Counted from the stretch's first letter, positions 44,901 through 56,188 are shown. The stretch: 64,000 nt of DNA from Pachysolen tannophilus NRRL Y-2460 (GCA_001661245.1 KV454011.1:1714041-1778040); one strand, 5' to 3'. The notes: generated from the letters alone by a model not told the origin. Translations and numbers: made by a program.

Positions 44901-47026
44901 AAACCAATTTCTGGAGAATTAGCAGTTCGTGGGTGACTTAATTGCTCATACTTAGTAGTATCTTCTTCATCTAAAAAGTTTTGAACTCTGTCCATTGAAA
45001 CTTTGGATTGGATAACGAATGATAACATATTTGCTAATTCATCTAATGGACTACGTAACAAGTTAAACAACGATAACGATGTGAATGCAATTGGAGATGT
45101 CAAAGTCTTACCATCAATAATGATGTAGCAAAAAAATGAAACTAAAGTAATTAAAGTTGGTATAGTGAACCAAAGAGTAGCAGAACATGCCCAAAAGATT
45201 GATCTCTTGGTCAATTTAATCAATTCTTCATTACGAATCTTCATAACTTCTTCGAAAAACTTTCTTTCCCAAGCAAAAAACTTGATAATTCTAATACTTT
45301 GGAAAGTTTCATTTAATTTTTGAATTCTCTTATCTGTGATTGCCAACATTTCTTTTTGGCTATCACCAAGTTTTTCAGAGATTTTGTAATTAACTGGAAG
45401 TAAAATAATAATAACAGCAGCACCAACTAGAGCCGACCATCCTAATAATTTATATAACAAGAAAATAGCAATAGCAATCATTAAAAATGAGCTTACAAAA
45501 TAATGTAAATAACTTGATATTTCAGAAACTTTAAAAGCATCAACAGCCATTAAGTTAATGATAGCACCAAGGTCTGATTTCTTCAGATCTTCTTTTTCCT
45601 TTGATTCTTCTCCACTAGAGTTTTCAAAAGATCCAGAACCTGATGTTTCATCTTCAAGTTGAAGAGTAGATTTATCATTCGTTGGTGGGTCAAGGTTAGC
45701 CTTTTGAACTTGATCAGTAGTTATTCTTCTTCTTAAAGCTTTTGCATAAACTTCTGCAATAATAATAGCTTTCATTTGAGTAGATAACCTTCTTCCCAAA
45801 AATAAAGATCTACCAGTAAACATTGAACTAGTAAGTTTGAAAAATAACATTAAAAAGACGAATAACCAAGCTAAAGATCTTGAGTTATCTTCAGGATGAT
45901 CAACATATTCTAAGATTTTTTTCAATAAAATTGAAGGAGCAAAAATTATAAAAGAATCCAAGATAGCCCATATAGCTTGAACAGCTAATATATATCTGAA
46001 AAATTTGAACAATCTACCTGCAAAATGCATGTTTGATTTCATTTGTTCAAATGCTTGAACAACGTTGAATGCATAATCTTCTTGTTTTAAACTCCAAATA
46101 TCTTTTTGTAACATTGGTTCGCCATATGCTTTCCAAACCATTCCATTTAACCATGAATAGGACAGTATTGAAAATAAGGAAGATTTTGACTCTGGAGATG
46201 GAAGGGTATTTTTATCAGTTATATAAAGTTTAGCTGGTTTATCTCCAATTTCAGCTGAATAGATATTGACAAATAATAATGCAGAAATAATAAAATCGAA
46301 TATATAATAATAATTAACAATTTTAGAATTAATTGTGCCCAATAAAGCTGTTCTCATTGTTAAAGCACTTGGAAATACGCTTGCAGTATACAAAAAGACA
46401 GAATGATTCCATAAATTTGGTAACCTCTGTGTACCTATATTGCTTAAATTAGCAAGACGTATTGTACAGATGATTAATGCATAGGTCCAAATACCTAATT
46501 TTAATTTTGGAATAAAAGGAGTATCCACCCATTCATCTGCCAACTCTGGAATAACTAATGTACATATAGCAATTCCAACATGGGCAATTAATAATATTTC
46601 TTCAATGCAAACTCTTATCCTTTCTTTCAAAGATCTAAAGACTATTTCAACATATCCATGAGGAGATCCATCATCTTTTTTTGCCTCCAATTTTGCAATA
46701 TCGAAATGGCGCTGTGTCACAGTTGCTGGAACAACAATACCGCCATTCGAACTGGCAGCGCCATAGCTATTATCATTATTTTCCAATGGGTTAATTGGTG
46801 TTGACAAGAGCGGTTGGGTTTCCACATTTGGAAATGCACTATTATTACTACTATAGTGATGTTTTTTACAACTATTTCTCACACTTAATCTAGTTATAAC
46901 ATAAAGAGCTGAAAGAATAGCAACAACCCCGGGTATAAGACCATCAAGTAATATATGTCTTCCACATGCAGTAAAATCATCAAATTCGAAAACCGAAGAA
47001 CAAATAAAAGTTGAATTGGCCGACAT
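41945..47026 (-). CDS. YBT1: Vacuolar ABCC/MRP transporter (Ybt1/Vmr1)
   Basis: Two NBDs (GPTGSGKTS/LSGGQKQR; GRTGAGKS/LSQGQRQL), NLMAVDAFKVSE, TMD0 extension. ATG at 47026. Confidence 0.92.
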   Translation of the reverse strand: MSANSTFICSSVFEFDDFTACGRHILLDGLIPGVVAILSALYVITRLSVRNSCKKHHYSSNNSAFPNVETQPLLSTPINPLENNDNSYGAASSNGGIVVPATVTQRHFDIAKLEAKKDDGSPHGYVEIVFRSLKERIRVCIEEILLIAHVGIAICTLVIPELADEWVDTPFIPKLKLGIWTYALIICTIRLANLSNIGTQRLPNLWNHSVFLYTASVFPSALTMRTALLGTINSKIVNYYYIFDFIISALLFVNIYSAEIGDKPAKLYITDKNTLPSPESKSSLFSILSYSWLNGMVWKAYGEPMLQKDIWSLKQEDYAFNVVQAFEQMKSNMHFAGRLFKFFRYILAVQAIWAILDSFIIFAPSILLKKILEYVDHPEDNSRSLAWLFVFLMLFFKLTSSMFTGRSLFLGRRLSTQMKAIIIAEVYAKALRRRITTDQVQKANLDPPTNDKSTLQLEDETSGSGSFENSSGEESKEKEDLKKSDLGAIINLMAVDAFKVSEISSYLHYFVSSFLMIAIAIFLLYKLLGWSALVGAAVIIILLPVNYKISEKLGDSQKEMLAITDKRIQKLNETFQSIRIIKFFAWERKFFEEVMKIRNEELIKLTKRSIFWACSATLWFTIPTLITLVSFFCYIIIDGKTLTSPIAFTSLSLFNLLRSPLDELANMLSFVIQSKVSMDRVQNFLDEEDTTKYEQLSHPRTANSPEIGFENATFSWNKTHSGDFKLRDLNIAFKKGKLNVIIGPTGSGKTSLLLALLGEMELLEGNVYLPGVEPRDELKVDPSTGLAEAVAYCSQAAWLLNDTIRNNIIFAAPFDQERYDSVVKACGLVRDFEILEGGDNTEIGEKGITLSGGQKQRVSLARALYSNAKHVLLDDCLSAVDSHTALWIYDNCITGPLMKGRTCILVSHNVALTVTAAEWVVVLENGRIKNQGTPSFLLKEGDLGDDELVKSSVNASSSNLKSLNDKNKSLKLNADKIEAKLKKVILEEAAAYAQEGSSKQNDENDEDFRKLKNKKIAGKLVEEETKKEGSVKFQVYADYAKSFGTWPLWILLASGMLGSQLIYILQSWWLREWAMSSETNAGDSFSSVFVSTSHAVVSKSMDALNKIDWNKPIGGETFRVINSSKHGTFFYLILYSVIGFIYSGISAARIVITFLGGISASNKIFEKMLRRVLRAKLRFFDATPIGRIMNRFSKDMESVDQELPPFAEAFIMCLIQCFATIGLICFITPAFLIFAIFILFFYYLVGIFYLSLSRELKRYDSVTRSPIHQHFTETLVGVPTIRAYGDERRFMTQNLNKIDENNRPYFYLWIANRWLSFRVDAVGAFVTFFSGVFILLSINKLDSGLAGLSLSYAIAFSDGALWVVRLYANVEMSMNSVERLQEYLLIDQEAAETTENDPLPNTWPSKGAIEVRDVSLRYAPDLPRVINNVTFNVEPNSKVGIVGRTGAGKSTIITAFFRFLDPETGYIKIDGVDITKIGLRALRQGITIIPQDPTLFTGTIRSNLDLFDQYSDEEIYQALKRVNLISAEELALVKNGQSSANSSDVGDSSLEENTNKFLNLNNKISEGGSNLSQGQRQLMCLARSLLKSPKVILLDEATASIDYLSDAKIQHTIRDEFAASTILTIAHRLRSIIDYDKILVMDAGKVVEYDDPYTLILDKSSLFHSMCENSGELDVLVQLAKENFIKKGINSRK

Positions 47027-48085
47027 TTTTTCTGATAACTTAAAAACCAAATTTAAAAAAAAAAAATTAACAATAAAAAAAAGCCAGCTTCAATCTCCAC
47101 TTATAGATGTATCTGTTTCTATAACTTCTTTAAATTAAGTTCTCAAATAAGTATTTGTTATTATAATACTGTCTCTATTAAGCAAACCAAAATGCAGCCA
47201 ATAACCAGAATAGTATCGTATTAAGAACAAAAAAAAAATTAAGATACAAAAAGAATCAAGCAAAACTCAGACAAAAGAAATTTACGAAAAAAACTGAGAA
47301 TTCAAATGAAAATTCAAATAAAACAATATGATTCTACAGTTTAATCGATAATAATGAAAAAAAAAAAAAATTAAATAAATAAATCCAATTCCAATTCCAA
47401 TTCCAATTATATAAAAGCTATCATTATATATATATATATATATATATGTATAACAGTCAATATATATAATAATAACTTTATACGCAAGAAAATTTTTACT
47501 ACCTTTTAGTAATTACCCAATTGGGATTCACAAAGTAAAAAAACCACTTAAAACCGCTTACTGATAAGAAGACAATTTTTATTTTTATTTTTTTTTATTA
47601 GCTTCCTGCTGACGGCCGCTCGCTTGAGGGGGATCAAATGTAGTATCTCTGCAGTTTTCAGTGATATGGACTCTTTCGACAGTTGACCTCTTTTGGTGTT
47701 TTTAGATTTTTTTAGCCAAGCATTGTTAGGAATTTTTCACTGGCTTAGTTCTAGTTGGCTCTTCGGGATTTTTCCTCGGGCGCGCCTGCAGGGTGCCTGC
47801 CCTTCTGCTCTGGCGTCTGTACAGAACAAAAAAAGAAAGGAAAAAAATAAGTTTCCATTTTTCAGATAGAAAGCTAGTTTAAAGTAAAGTACAACTAAAT
47901 GGTTAGAAGTTTCGTTGAGTGTTATTGTAAATTTGCAAAAAGACAAGAAAGAAAGTAGGAGGATAGAAAAAGTTTTTCTTTTTTTTTTTTTTACAACTAT
48001 GATTAGGAATTACAATTTACAAACAAAAATAAAAAATCAAAAGTATATTATTAAACACATAAAAGAAAAATTTTTATGAATGAAT

Positions 48086-49321
48086 TTAATCTTGAGTTTT
48101 TTGAGTACCACGTAACAAACCAGTTCTTCTTGCAGCAATAAGACCTGCCTTTTGACCTGGAACAGCACCTCTTGAAATAGTAGAAGCCTTACCAATATGT
48201 TGATGGTTACCACCACCGTGAGGGTGATCAACTGGGTTCATGGCAACACCTCTGGTCTTTGGCCAAGAGTTACGTTTAACTTTATACTTGTGGAAAGCTC
48301 TACCAGCCTTCAATAATGGTTTATCAATTCTACCACCACCGGCAACAACACCAATGACACCTCTGGCATCGGAACTGATGATCTTCTTGGCACCAGATGA
48401 TAATTTGACTCTGGTCTTACCTTCTTCTGGGTTGTGACCAATGATGATAACGTAGTTACCAGAAGTTCTACCTAAAGCACCTCTGTCACCTGGTTTTTCT
48501 TCAACGTTAGAAGCAATAGTACCTTCTGGCATAGCACCTAATGGTAAAACATTTCCAACATTTAAAGAAGCCTTCTTACCAGCATAGATAAATTGACCAG
48601 TGTAAACACCTTCATTAGCAATAAAAGTTTCTTCACGTAATTTGTACTTGTATGGATCACGGAAAACAACTTTAGCTAATGGAGCACCTCTACCTGGGTC
48701 ATGAACAATTTGCTTGACAACACCACGAATGTAACCGTGACGTTCAGCATAATCCAAAGTTCTTAACTTGGCAGCACCTTTTCTCAAACGTGTGTGCGAG
48801 GTAAAGATTGAACCAGCACCCTTTCTTTGGTTACGAATAACTCTACCTGTATAAATCAAAAAATAAGAAAAAAAAATTTTTTTTTTAAAAGTTAGTATAT
48901 GATATTTGAATTTTAAATTTCAAATCAATTAGACGAGAAGAATAGAAAAGAAAAGCTTGATTAAGATAGGTTAAAACAATAATAATTCACTCAAATAACT
49001 CGTTCAATACTTGAACTTTTAAAAGAATTTTTTTTTTTTTTTAGATTCAATGAGAATCATTGAATATCAACTTTCCAGTCTCTATCTTTGTATTCTTTAT
49101 GAAAAAGTCCACAAATGTGATATCAATATCTAATATACGGAATCTTCCTTAATTTTTAAATTCTATCATATTGAAAACTTCAGATTGAAAAAAAAAAACT
49201 TTTCAATGAGATATTCTTCTTTAATGATCGAATCTTGTATTATCACAATAAACTTCTATCCATGCTTGCTTTCCCTCCATTCTTCATAACTCTAAACATA
49301 TCAAATTCTGAACATACCCAT
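48086..49321 (-). CDS. RPL2: 60S ribosomal protein uL2; exon1 49318-49321, intron 48847-49317, exon2 48086-48846
   Basis: [16 protein letters not shown]...[12 protein letters not shown] (254 aa). GTATGT donor, TACTAAC 48891-48897, CAG acceptor. Confidence 0.98.
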
Positions 49322-49530
49322 TTCTAGATTATATTGGTTTTAATTTTATCTAACAAAAGAAAAAAAGTAATGAATTTATTTGTAAATTAAAATGTAACAA
49401 TTTTTAATAAAATTCTCTGTCGCACCTACAATACAAAGTCTTCCTCTGCCTCAGAGAAAGGTGAAAAAAAAAAAAAAAAAATTTTTTTTTTCACAAATTG
49501 TAGTGTGAATGGTATCAAATTATACAACAA

Positions 49531-49608
49531 CAGTCACAGATTTTGAACACAAAAAGAAAGAAAAAATTTAGGTTTCACGTGATGTGGTAATAGGGCTAGA
49601 AACCCTAT
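49531..49608. promoter_or_regulatory. RPL2 promoter module: Homol-D (CAGTCACA), Cbf1 (TCACGTGA) and inverted Tbf1-type pair (TAGGGC...ACCCTA)
   Basis: 49531-49538, 49575-49582 and 49591-49607 respectively, 210-290 bp upstream of the ATG. Confidence 0.65.
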
Positions 49609-50061
49609 AATGTTCCGCTATCTTATATGTGATGCAAGGTTGTATCGGGACCGGAAAGTAACAAAAACACTATTTACTACTACTATATTTAAATATAATA
49701 TGTATACGAGACTATTAAGACTAATTAAAAAACATACTATTATTTTATTACCATTATTCGATATTTTACTACACACATCAAAAAAAGAAGAAAAAACATA
49801 TATATATGAAAAAAAAAGGAAAAAAAAAGACAACACACAGAAAACAAAGTCAAAATAATAAAAAAAGAAAGAAAGAAAGAAAGGGGGGAAAAAAAGCAAA
49901 AAAAAAAAAAAAAAAAAATAAAAGATCAAAAGATCAAAAAAACCAAAAAATCAAAGCAAAAAAAGGTATTGACTTTTTATTCGTTTTCTGTTTTCTTGTT
50001 GTTATTCTTTTCTATTCTTTTCTCTCATATCTAATAATAATTTGAACATAAATTTAGCATT

Positions 50062-51117
50062 TTAGACTTCATTTTCATTTCCATTTTCATTTTCATTTTC
50101 TTCAGTTTCTTTTGGAATATTAGAATCGATAGCAATTGCAACAGTAATTGGTTTACCATGTATTTCTTTTTTATCCATCTTGGCAACAGCCAGCTTTTGA
50201 TCTTCTTCGGAACCAAATCTAACGAAACCAATACCTCTACCTCTAGTTTTAATTGGAACTTTTTCTTTCCGCAATTTTTTAATGATATGGAATGGAATAG
50301 TCTTTTTTGGTATAGAAACCCATTGTGGATTCAATTCTTGGAATTCTTCACGTAATTCCTTAGGCGTAACTTCAACATCCAAATTAGTGATGAATACTGT
50401 AGTTTTAGATGGTACACCTTCTTCCAATGGGACTTTTTCTTGTTTTGGTTTCTTATCCTTCTTAGGTTTTGATTTCTTGGCTGAACCTTTTATGGACTTT
50501 GGCTTAATCTCACCATTTTCTTCGGATGCTGAATTATCAGTTGTAGCAGCCGAAGAAGTAGTTGTGGCATTGTCAGCAGTGTCATCTTTCTTAGGAGCCT
50601 TCTTAGTTTTAGATTTTGGTTTCTTAGCCTTTGGTTTCTTTTCAGTTGGTGGTAAGGCTTGTCTTGTATAAATCTCCCTATCTTTGAAAACTTTATTATC
50701 AAATTCCTTGATGACTTTAGCAGCTTCCTCTTTTGTTTTGAATGTAACAAAAGCATAACCAAGACTAACTTGGCTAGGTTTACCTCTCTTTCTTATAGTT
50801 CTTTTTGGAAGTTCAACTTGTTCGCTATTTTGCAAAAAAAAAGAAAAAAGAAAAAAAAGGTCTGTTAGTATAATGCAATTCAATGATAAAAGAATACTAT
50901 TATTATTATTATTATAAAATTTTAATTTGTTTCCTTTTCTTTTCTTTTCAAGAAAAGAAAAGAAAAGAAAATTAAAATCAGAAATCACTTACATATCATA
51001 GCCAGTTAAAAGTTCTCTCAATTCTTCCTCAGTAGTGCCGTAATCAACATTACCAATGTAAACTTTTTCCTCAACAATTGTTGAGTCTTGTGCTTGAACT
51101 TGTTCTTCTGCTGACAT
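50062..51117 (-). CDS. Two-RRM RNA-binding protein, Sbp1/Rnp1-like; exon1 50993-51117, intron 50825-50992, exon2 50062-50824
   Basis: RNP2 VYIGNV in exon1 joins RNP1 LGYAFVTF in exon2. Second RRM has VFITNL and RGIGFVRF. GTAAGT/TACTAAC/TAG intron restores the frame (295 aa). Syntenic with MUP3-VMR1-SBP1 and YBT1-RNP1. Confidence 0.8.
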
Positions 51118-52151
51118 TTTTTCCTACTTCAAGATTTTTTTTTTAAAAAAATTTAAAAGCCAAATTGAAATATATTCTAAAACTTTTTTTTTTTATTTTT
51201 TTTATTTTTTCTTTTTATTTTAAAAGTGTTGTAATATCAATATCTTACTTTTATTTTTTGTTTTTTCTTTTTTTTTTTAATTTTATATAGTGTTAAAATT
51301 AATTAATATGATATTTTTTTATTGATTTTTTACAAGTGTGATTAATATTATTTGAAGGCAAAAAAGAGAAAAAAAAAAAATGGTTTAAAACTAAAATTTG
51401 TCGAGAAATGTTCTTAGAAGGTAATTTTGCATTTGCATTTGATTTGTTGGTGCATCTGTGCACGACTCATGGGATTTTTTAATATATCTTTATAAGAAGA
51501 ATTGAAAGGAACAATTAAAGAATTGAGTGAAATTTAGTTTGATGAAAAAGAGAGATAGAGAGAGAGTGTGTGTGTATATATGTGTGTATGTATGTAGAGG
51601 TTGATGTTTATCTTTTTTTTTTTTTTTTTATTTTTTATTATTGTGATTTTCTATTTGGGTGTTTCTTCTGGTAAGCATCATCGCAAATAAAGTTACTATG
51701 GAGGAACACATCTTACCGTATTTGATATCTAAGTGTATAAAAAAATGTATGTACGGCTGACTACTGACTGAAATACAGATCACAGAATAATTTTACTTGA
51801 GAAGATGAAGTTATTGAAAATTCTCATTTTTTATTTTTTTGCTGATTTCTGACTAGTTTCAATTAGATCAGTAACAATAACAAAAAGTGCACAGGAACGA
51901 CAATTTGTATTGCTTTCTTGGTACTTTGTCCCCAAGCCTTTTACTGGACTATATATATATATATATATGAGTTAACTATTTAATTTACTAGTGAATAAAA
52001 TTTAAAATTTAAATTTAAATTCAAGTCAAAATAAAATACTACTACATTGCAAAGATAGAATATACAAGAAGATATAGTCACTTTTTTTTTTTCTATTTTC
52101 TATTTTCTTTTTTAATAAAAGGTACTTTTTTTTTTATTTAAATGCAGTTAG

Positions 52152-53363
52152 TTACAAGTATTCTAATCTTAACTTATTAATTATTGTCCTTTGATCTTCT
52201 GGAATCTCTTGAATTTTTTCATTTGTCAATTTTAAAACTTGGATTATTAATTCAGCTTCATTGGGTGGAAGTTTAGATAATTTATCTATTGTATGTTGTG
52301 GGAAACCAATCCAATTTGGATTTATCTTATTTGAAATTTGCAGTGATGGTGTAGAATCTCTTGTATTATTTGTTGATTCCGATTTTTCCATTGATTGTTG
52401 AATAACATCACTATCAATAAACCCCATCAAGAGCAATGCCTCTGCAGATGCTATAGCCAATTGTGGAGCTGCTTTAAAAATTTCTGCTGCTTGATATGAA
52501 TTCAGATCTTCTAATACTTCTTTTAAAGTAGAAATTAATTGAATTAATTGTGGAGGCTCAAATTTACTCAATGATTCCGAAATCTTATCATTTGTTGTAA
52601 ACAAATTTTTCGGTTGTGGTGGTAAATATCTAGATGCATTCCGTAAATTTTCTGGTAATTTCTGTTCTGTGGATGAAGAAGAAGTAGAGGTTGCCGATGC
52701 CAAGTTTACAATATTACTCGAACTCAGAGGGGAATTTGTATAATTCGGGATAAGTTGTTTTGTGAGCATTATAATCTGTTGAAGGTCCATCCCATTATTT
52801 ATCAACTGAATCACAATTTGTTGGAACTGAGGATTGGTGGTCATTTGTTGTAAAAACTCTGGTGGAAGCTGTGATAAGATATTCTGTTGTTGTTGTTGTT
52901 GTTGCTGCTGTTGCTGCTGCTGTTGTTGTAGTTGCTGAAGTTGGCCACTTTGCCCATTAACCATGTTTGTCATAGGATTTAAGTTTTGAGTATACATATT
53001 ATAAAGCATTTCATCAGGAAGAACAACATTAGCAGGTAAAAAATTTCTTGTTAAGGAAAGAACAGGTTTATTTGAAGGAATATTAGAACTTCTCAATCCT
53101 TCCTTCGATAATTCGACTCGCAATTTCTTACCATTAATCCTAATTCTTTGTAACAAATTCATTGCATTTTGTGCTTCTTCAGGTGTTAGATATTCAATAA
53201 AACAAAAACCTTTATTTTTATTTGGTTGATCCATCATACATCGAACGTCGACAATTCTCCCACTCCCACAAACAACACTTTTAATGATTTCAACATCCCA
53301 ATTATATGGAATAGAACCAACATATAAAATCGAAGATAAGTTTAATGGTGCTCCTTGATTCAT
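52152..53363 (-). CDS. PTI1: CstF-64-related CPF subunit Pti1 (RRM + hinge + C-terminal domain)
   Basis: LYVGSIPYNWD...KSVVCGSG.IVDVRC, NKNKGFCFIEY, LRVELSKEG, hinge PQLAIA.AEALLLMG, C-terminal QVL.LT..I..IP.DQR. Confidence 0.82.
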   Translation of the reverse strand: MNQGAPLNLSSILYVGSIPYNWDVEIIKSVVCGSGRIVDVRCMMDQPNKNKGFCFIEYLTPEEAQNAMNLLQRIRINGKKLRVELSKEGLRSSNIPSNKPVLSLTRNFLPANVVLPDEMLYNMYTQNLNPMTNMVNGQSGQLQQLQQQQQQQQQQQQQQQNILSQLPPEFLQQMTTNPQFQQIVIQLINNGMDLQQIIMLTKQLIPNYTNSPLSSSNIVNLASATSTSSSSTEQKLPENLRNASRYLPPQPKNLFTTNDKISESLSKFEPPQLIQLISTLKEVLEDLNSYQAAEIFKAAPQLAIASAEALLLMGFIDSDVIQQSMEKSESTNNTRDSTPSLQISNKINPNWIGFPQHTIDKLSKLPPNEAELIIQVLKLTNEKIQEIPEDQRTIINKLRLEYL

Positions 53364-53528
53364 AATCGTTTCTTGGAGCCTAATAACAAATCAATATAAT
53401 ATTTATTTTCAATATTAATGATAAAATAATTAAATTATTTTACACAAATTTTTAAAAAATACAATTATTATTATTATTTACTTAATTATATTTGTAATTG
53501 TAATACACTACTACACTACTACTATATA

Positions 53529-54419
53529 CTATACAATATTGTTACCGTAAAGAGCTTTCAATTGTAGAATAACACTTTTCTTATCATCTGGTAAGATATT
53601 TACTTGATCATCAGACATGTTAATGACTTCTTTTATTAACTCTCTTTGCTCTAAAGTTAATTCTTCTAAATTTTTATTATTATTTTTATTTTTATTTTTA
53701 TTTTCAATTTTTGTCTTTTGTTGTTGCAATTGATCAATTTTACCATCATCAACTAATAAAGTTTGTAACTGAGAAGAACCAGTAAGTCCCAATAATAATG
53801 CCAGTTCAACTAAGGCATAGCTTAGTTGTGGAGTTTCTTTCAATAAAGTTTTCATTAAAGTAGGGTTCATTGTTGACATCTTCTTTGCATCTTTAACTAA
53901 ATTTAATAATCTTTTCCTATCTAATTTATTTAACTCTGTTGTAATAACATCTGAAGCCGATTGTTGCAGATTATTTGATAACTCAATACCTGGAGGTAAT
54001 GGCGGGATTGTTTGTGACTGTGACTGTGATTGAGATTGAGATTGAAGTTGTTTAAATTTGTTATTTCTAATTTTTTTCCTATTATCACCTAATACGCTAT
54101 CGGTTATTGTCCCACTAATAACATTATTATTATTATTATTATTACCATTTAGTAACGTAGTTTCATTTGAAAAATTACATTTCAAAGTTCTATTACCAAT
54201 ATTATAACGACTCAAATTCCTTACTGCAGATTGCGCACTTTCTAAATCACTATATTCAACAAAAGCATAACCTTTAGATTTCCCAGTCTCTTTATCAAAT
54301 AATAATTTTAAATCAACAACTGGTCCTACAGATTTAGCAATCTCCAACACTTGCTCCTCCGTCTGATCATAAGGAATACTCCCCACATAAATCACTTTAC
54401 TAGGTTTTATATCAGACAT
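53529..54419 (-). CDS. RNA15: mRNA 3'-end processing factor Rna15 (CstF-64 orthologue)
   Basis: VIYVGSIPYDQTEEQV, FDKETGKSKGYAFVEY.DLESA.SAVRNL, LPPG, PQLSYALVEL.LL. Divergent from DST1, as in S. cerevisiae. Confidence 0.92.
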   Translation of the reverse strand: MSDIKPSKVIYVGSIPYDQTEEQVLEIAKSVGPVVDLKLLFDKETGKSKGYAFVEYSDLESAQSAVRNLSRYNIGNRTLKCNFSNETTLLNGNNNNNNNVISGTITDSVLGDNRKKIRNNKFKQLQSQSQSQSQSQTIPPLPPGIELSNNLQQSASDVITTELNKLDRKRLLNLVKDAKKMSTMNPTLMKTLLKETPQLSYALVELALLLGLTGSSQLQTLLVDDGKIDQLQQQKTKIENKNKNKNNNKNLEELTLEQRELIKEVINMSDDQVNILPDDKKSVILQLKALYGNNIV

Positions 54420-54888
54420 ACCAAAACTTACTGTAAAAAAAAAATTCAATATTCTTTCTCTTCAAAATTTAATCAACATTTATATTAATTCTTATTCTTC
54501 TTCGTCTTCGTCTTCGTCTTTTAAGTATTTGAAATGGTCGTGCGATTAAATTGAAGATAATTTTTTTTTCTCTCTCTTTTAAAGGTGTCGAGTGAGAATC
54601 GAAAAAGCGAATAGTTGAAAAAAACCCCGTAATAGAATAAATAAATTAAAAGTCAAAACAACAAACAGAGAGTAATTAATAATATATAAGTTTCTTGTTT
54701 GTTGCAAGTTATTTGAGGCAGTGAATTCTATATATATACGTATAATTTTTTTTTTTTTTTTTCGAAGAAAGAAATTGAGTTTGCTGCGTTGTATTTTTAT
54801 AGATATTAGTAGAGAGAGAGAAAACGGAAGAAGAATTTTTTATCAAGAAGAACTGTTGAATTTTCTAGATCTTAAGTTTGAGTAAAAT

Positions 54889-55956
54889 ATGAATGCCAAA
54901 GAGATTAAAAGTGTGGTATCCAGCCTTGAAAAAACAGATGATGATGCCACTATTTTGAGGTTGTTGACGGCCTTAAAAAATGATGTCCAGCCAACAGAGA
55001 AGTTACTAAGAGTAAGTTTTATCTTTATGAATTTGTAATAAATTTATTAAATCTTTTTGACTTTTTTTTTTTCGCTTTGATACTAACAAGAGACACCATT
55101 TTCAAATTATCTTTAGGAGACAAAAGTTGGAATTGCAGTAAACAAGTTTAGATCAAATTCGAATACAGAGATTTCATCATTAGTTAAACAAGTGATTAGA
55201 TCTTGGAAAGAGGCTGTTAAAAAGAAACCTTCAGGAGCGGGTTTAGCGGCGGCAGCGGCGGCATCGGCGGCGGCTTCTACTACTGCTACTACTACTGCGG
55301 GGGCGGCTACTAATAAGAATTCAACTACATCATCACCAGCTAATATTACAGGATCCCCTGAAAAACAAGAAACAGATTCAAATTTAATATCATCAGAGAG
55401 AAAATATATTTCTAAAGGACCAAGAAATCCAAAGAATGATGGTGTAAACATTGATATTTATGATAATGCAACACGGAATGGATCTGTTTCTGGTTTATAT
55501 ACAGCATTAGCAATGGATTCTGATTTATTTCCGGTAAATATCTTATCAATTGCAAAAGAAATAGAATTAGAAGCTTTTAAATTGGAATATTTCGATGTTA
55601 ATGATCGTTATAGAAATAAATTAAGATCATTAATTATGAATTTAAGAAATAAAAAAAATCCAGAATTACGTTTAAATATTCTTAAAAATGAAATTAAACC
55701 TCATGAATTGGTTAAAATGAAACCTGAAGAAATGGCTCCAGAATCATTGAAAAAAGAAATTGAAAAAATCCATAAGCAAAATTTATTTGATGCTCAAGGT
55801 GCTGTAGAAAAAAGAGCTATAAGTAGTTCTTTCACATGTGGTAAATGTAAGCAAAAGAAAGTGTCATATTATCAATTACAAACAAGGTCAGCAGATGAAC
55901 CTTTAACAACTTTTTGTACTTGTGAAAATTGCGGTAATAGATGGAAGATGAGTTAG
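54889..55956 (+). CDS. DST1: Transcription elongation factor TFIIS; exon1 54889-55011, intron 55012-55116, exon2 55117-55956
   Basis: PTEKLLR|ETKVG splice; FTCGKCK..KVSYYQLQTRSADEPLTTFCTC..CGNRWK zinc ribbon. Intron GTAAGT / TACTAAC 55081-55087 / TAG. Confidence 0.96.
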
Positions 55957-56157
55957 AAAGAAAAAAAAAAAAATTAAAAAAAAAAAAAATAAAGGAAGGA
56001 AAAGACTCTTTTTGTATTACTAAGTTTGTTTTAAAATTCTTATACGTTTGTTAACAACTTTTTTTCTTTTTTCTTTTTTTTTTTTAATATTCATGATTAA
56101 TTTACATGTAAATAGTCTTCAACAGGGCATTGAAGCGGTTCTTTTCTATAAGTAATT

Positions 56158-56188
<31 letters not shown>

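Noticed and set aside
47779..47792. Overlapping GGCGCGCC and CCTGCAGG palindromes (rare-cutter sites) in the YBT1 promoter
   Set aside because: No other vector or linker sequence nearby; most likely a natural GC-rich promoter patch.
54415..54431. GTAAGT and GTATGT donor-like words around the RNA15 ATG (minus strand)
   Set aside because: The ORF is intact from ATG 54419 and no matching branch/acceptor is needed.
55939..55956. TFIIS ends NRWKMS rather than the usual NRWKF(S/C)
   Set aside because: Conservative change; the catalytic RSADEP and zinc ligands are intact.
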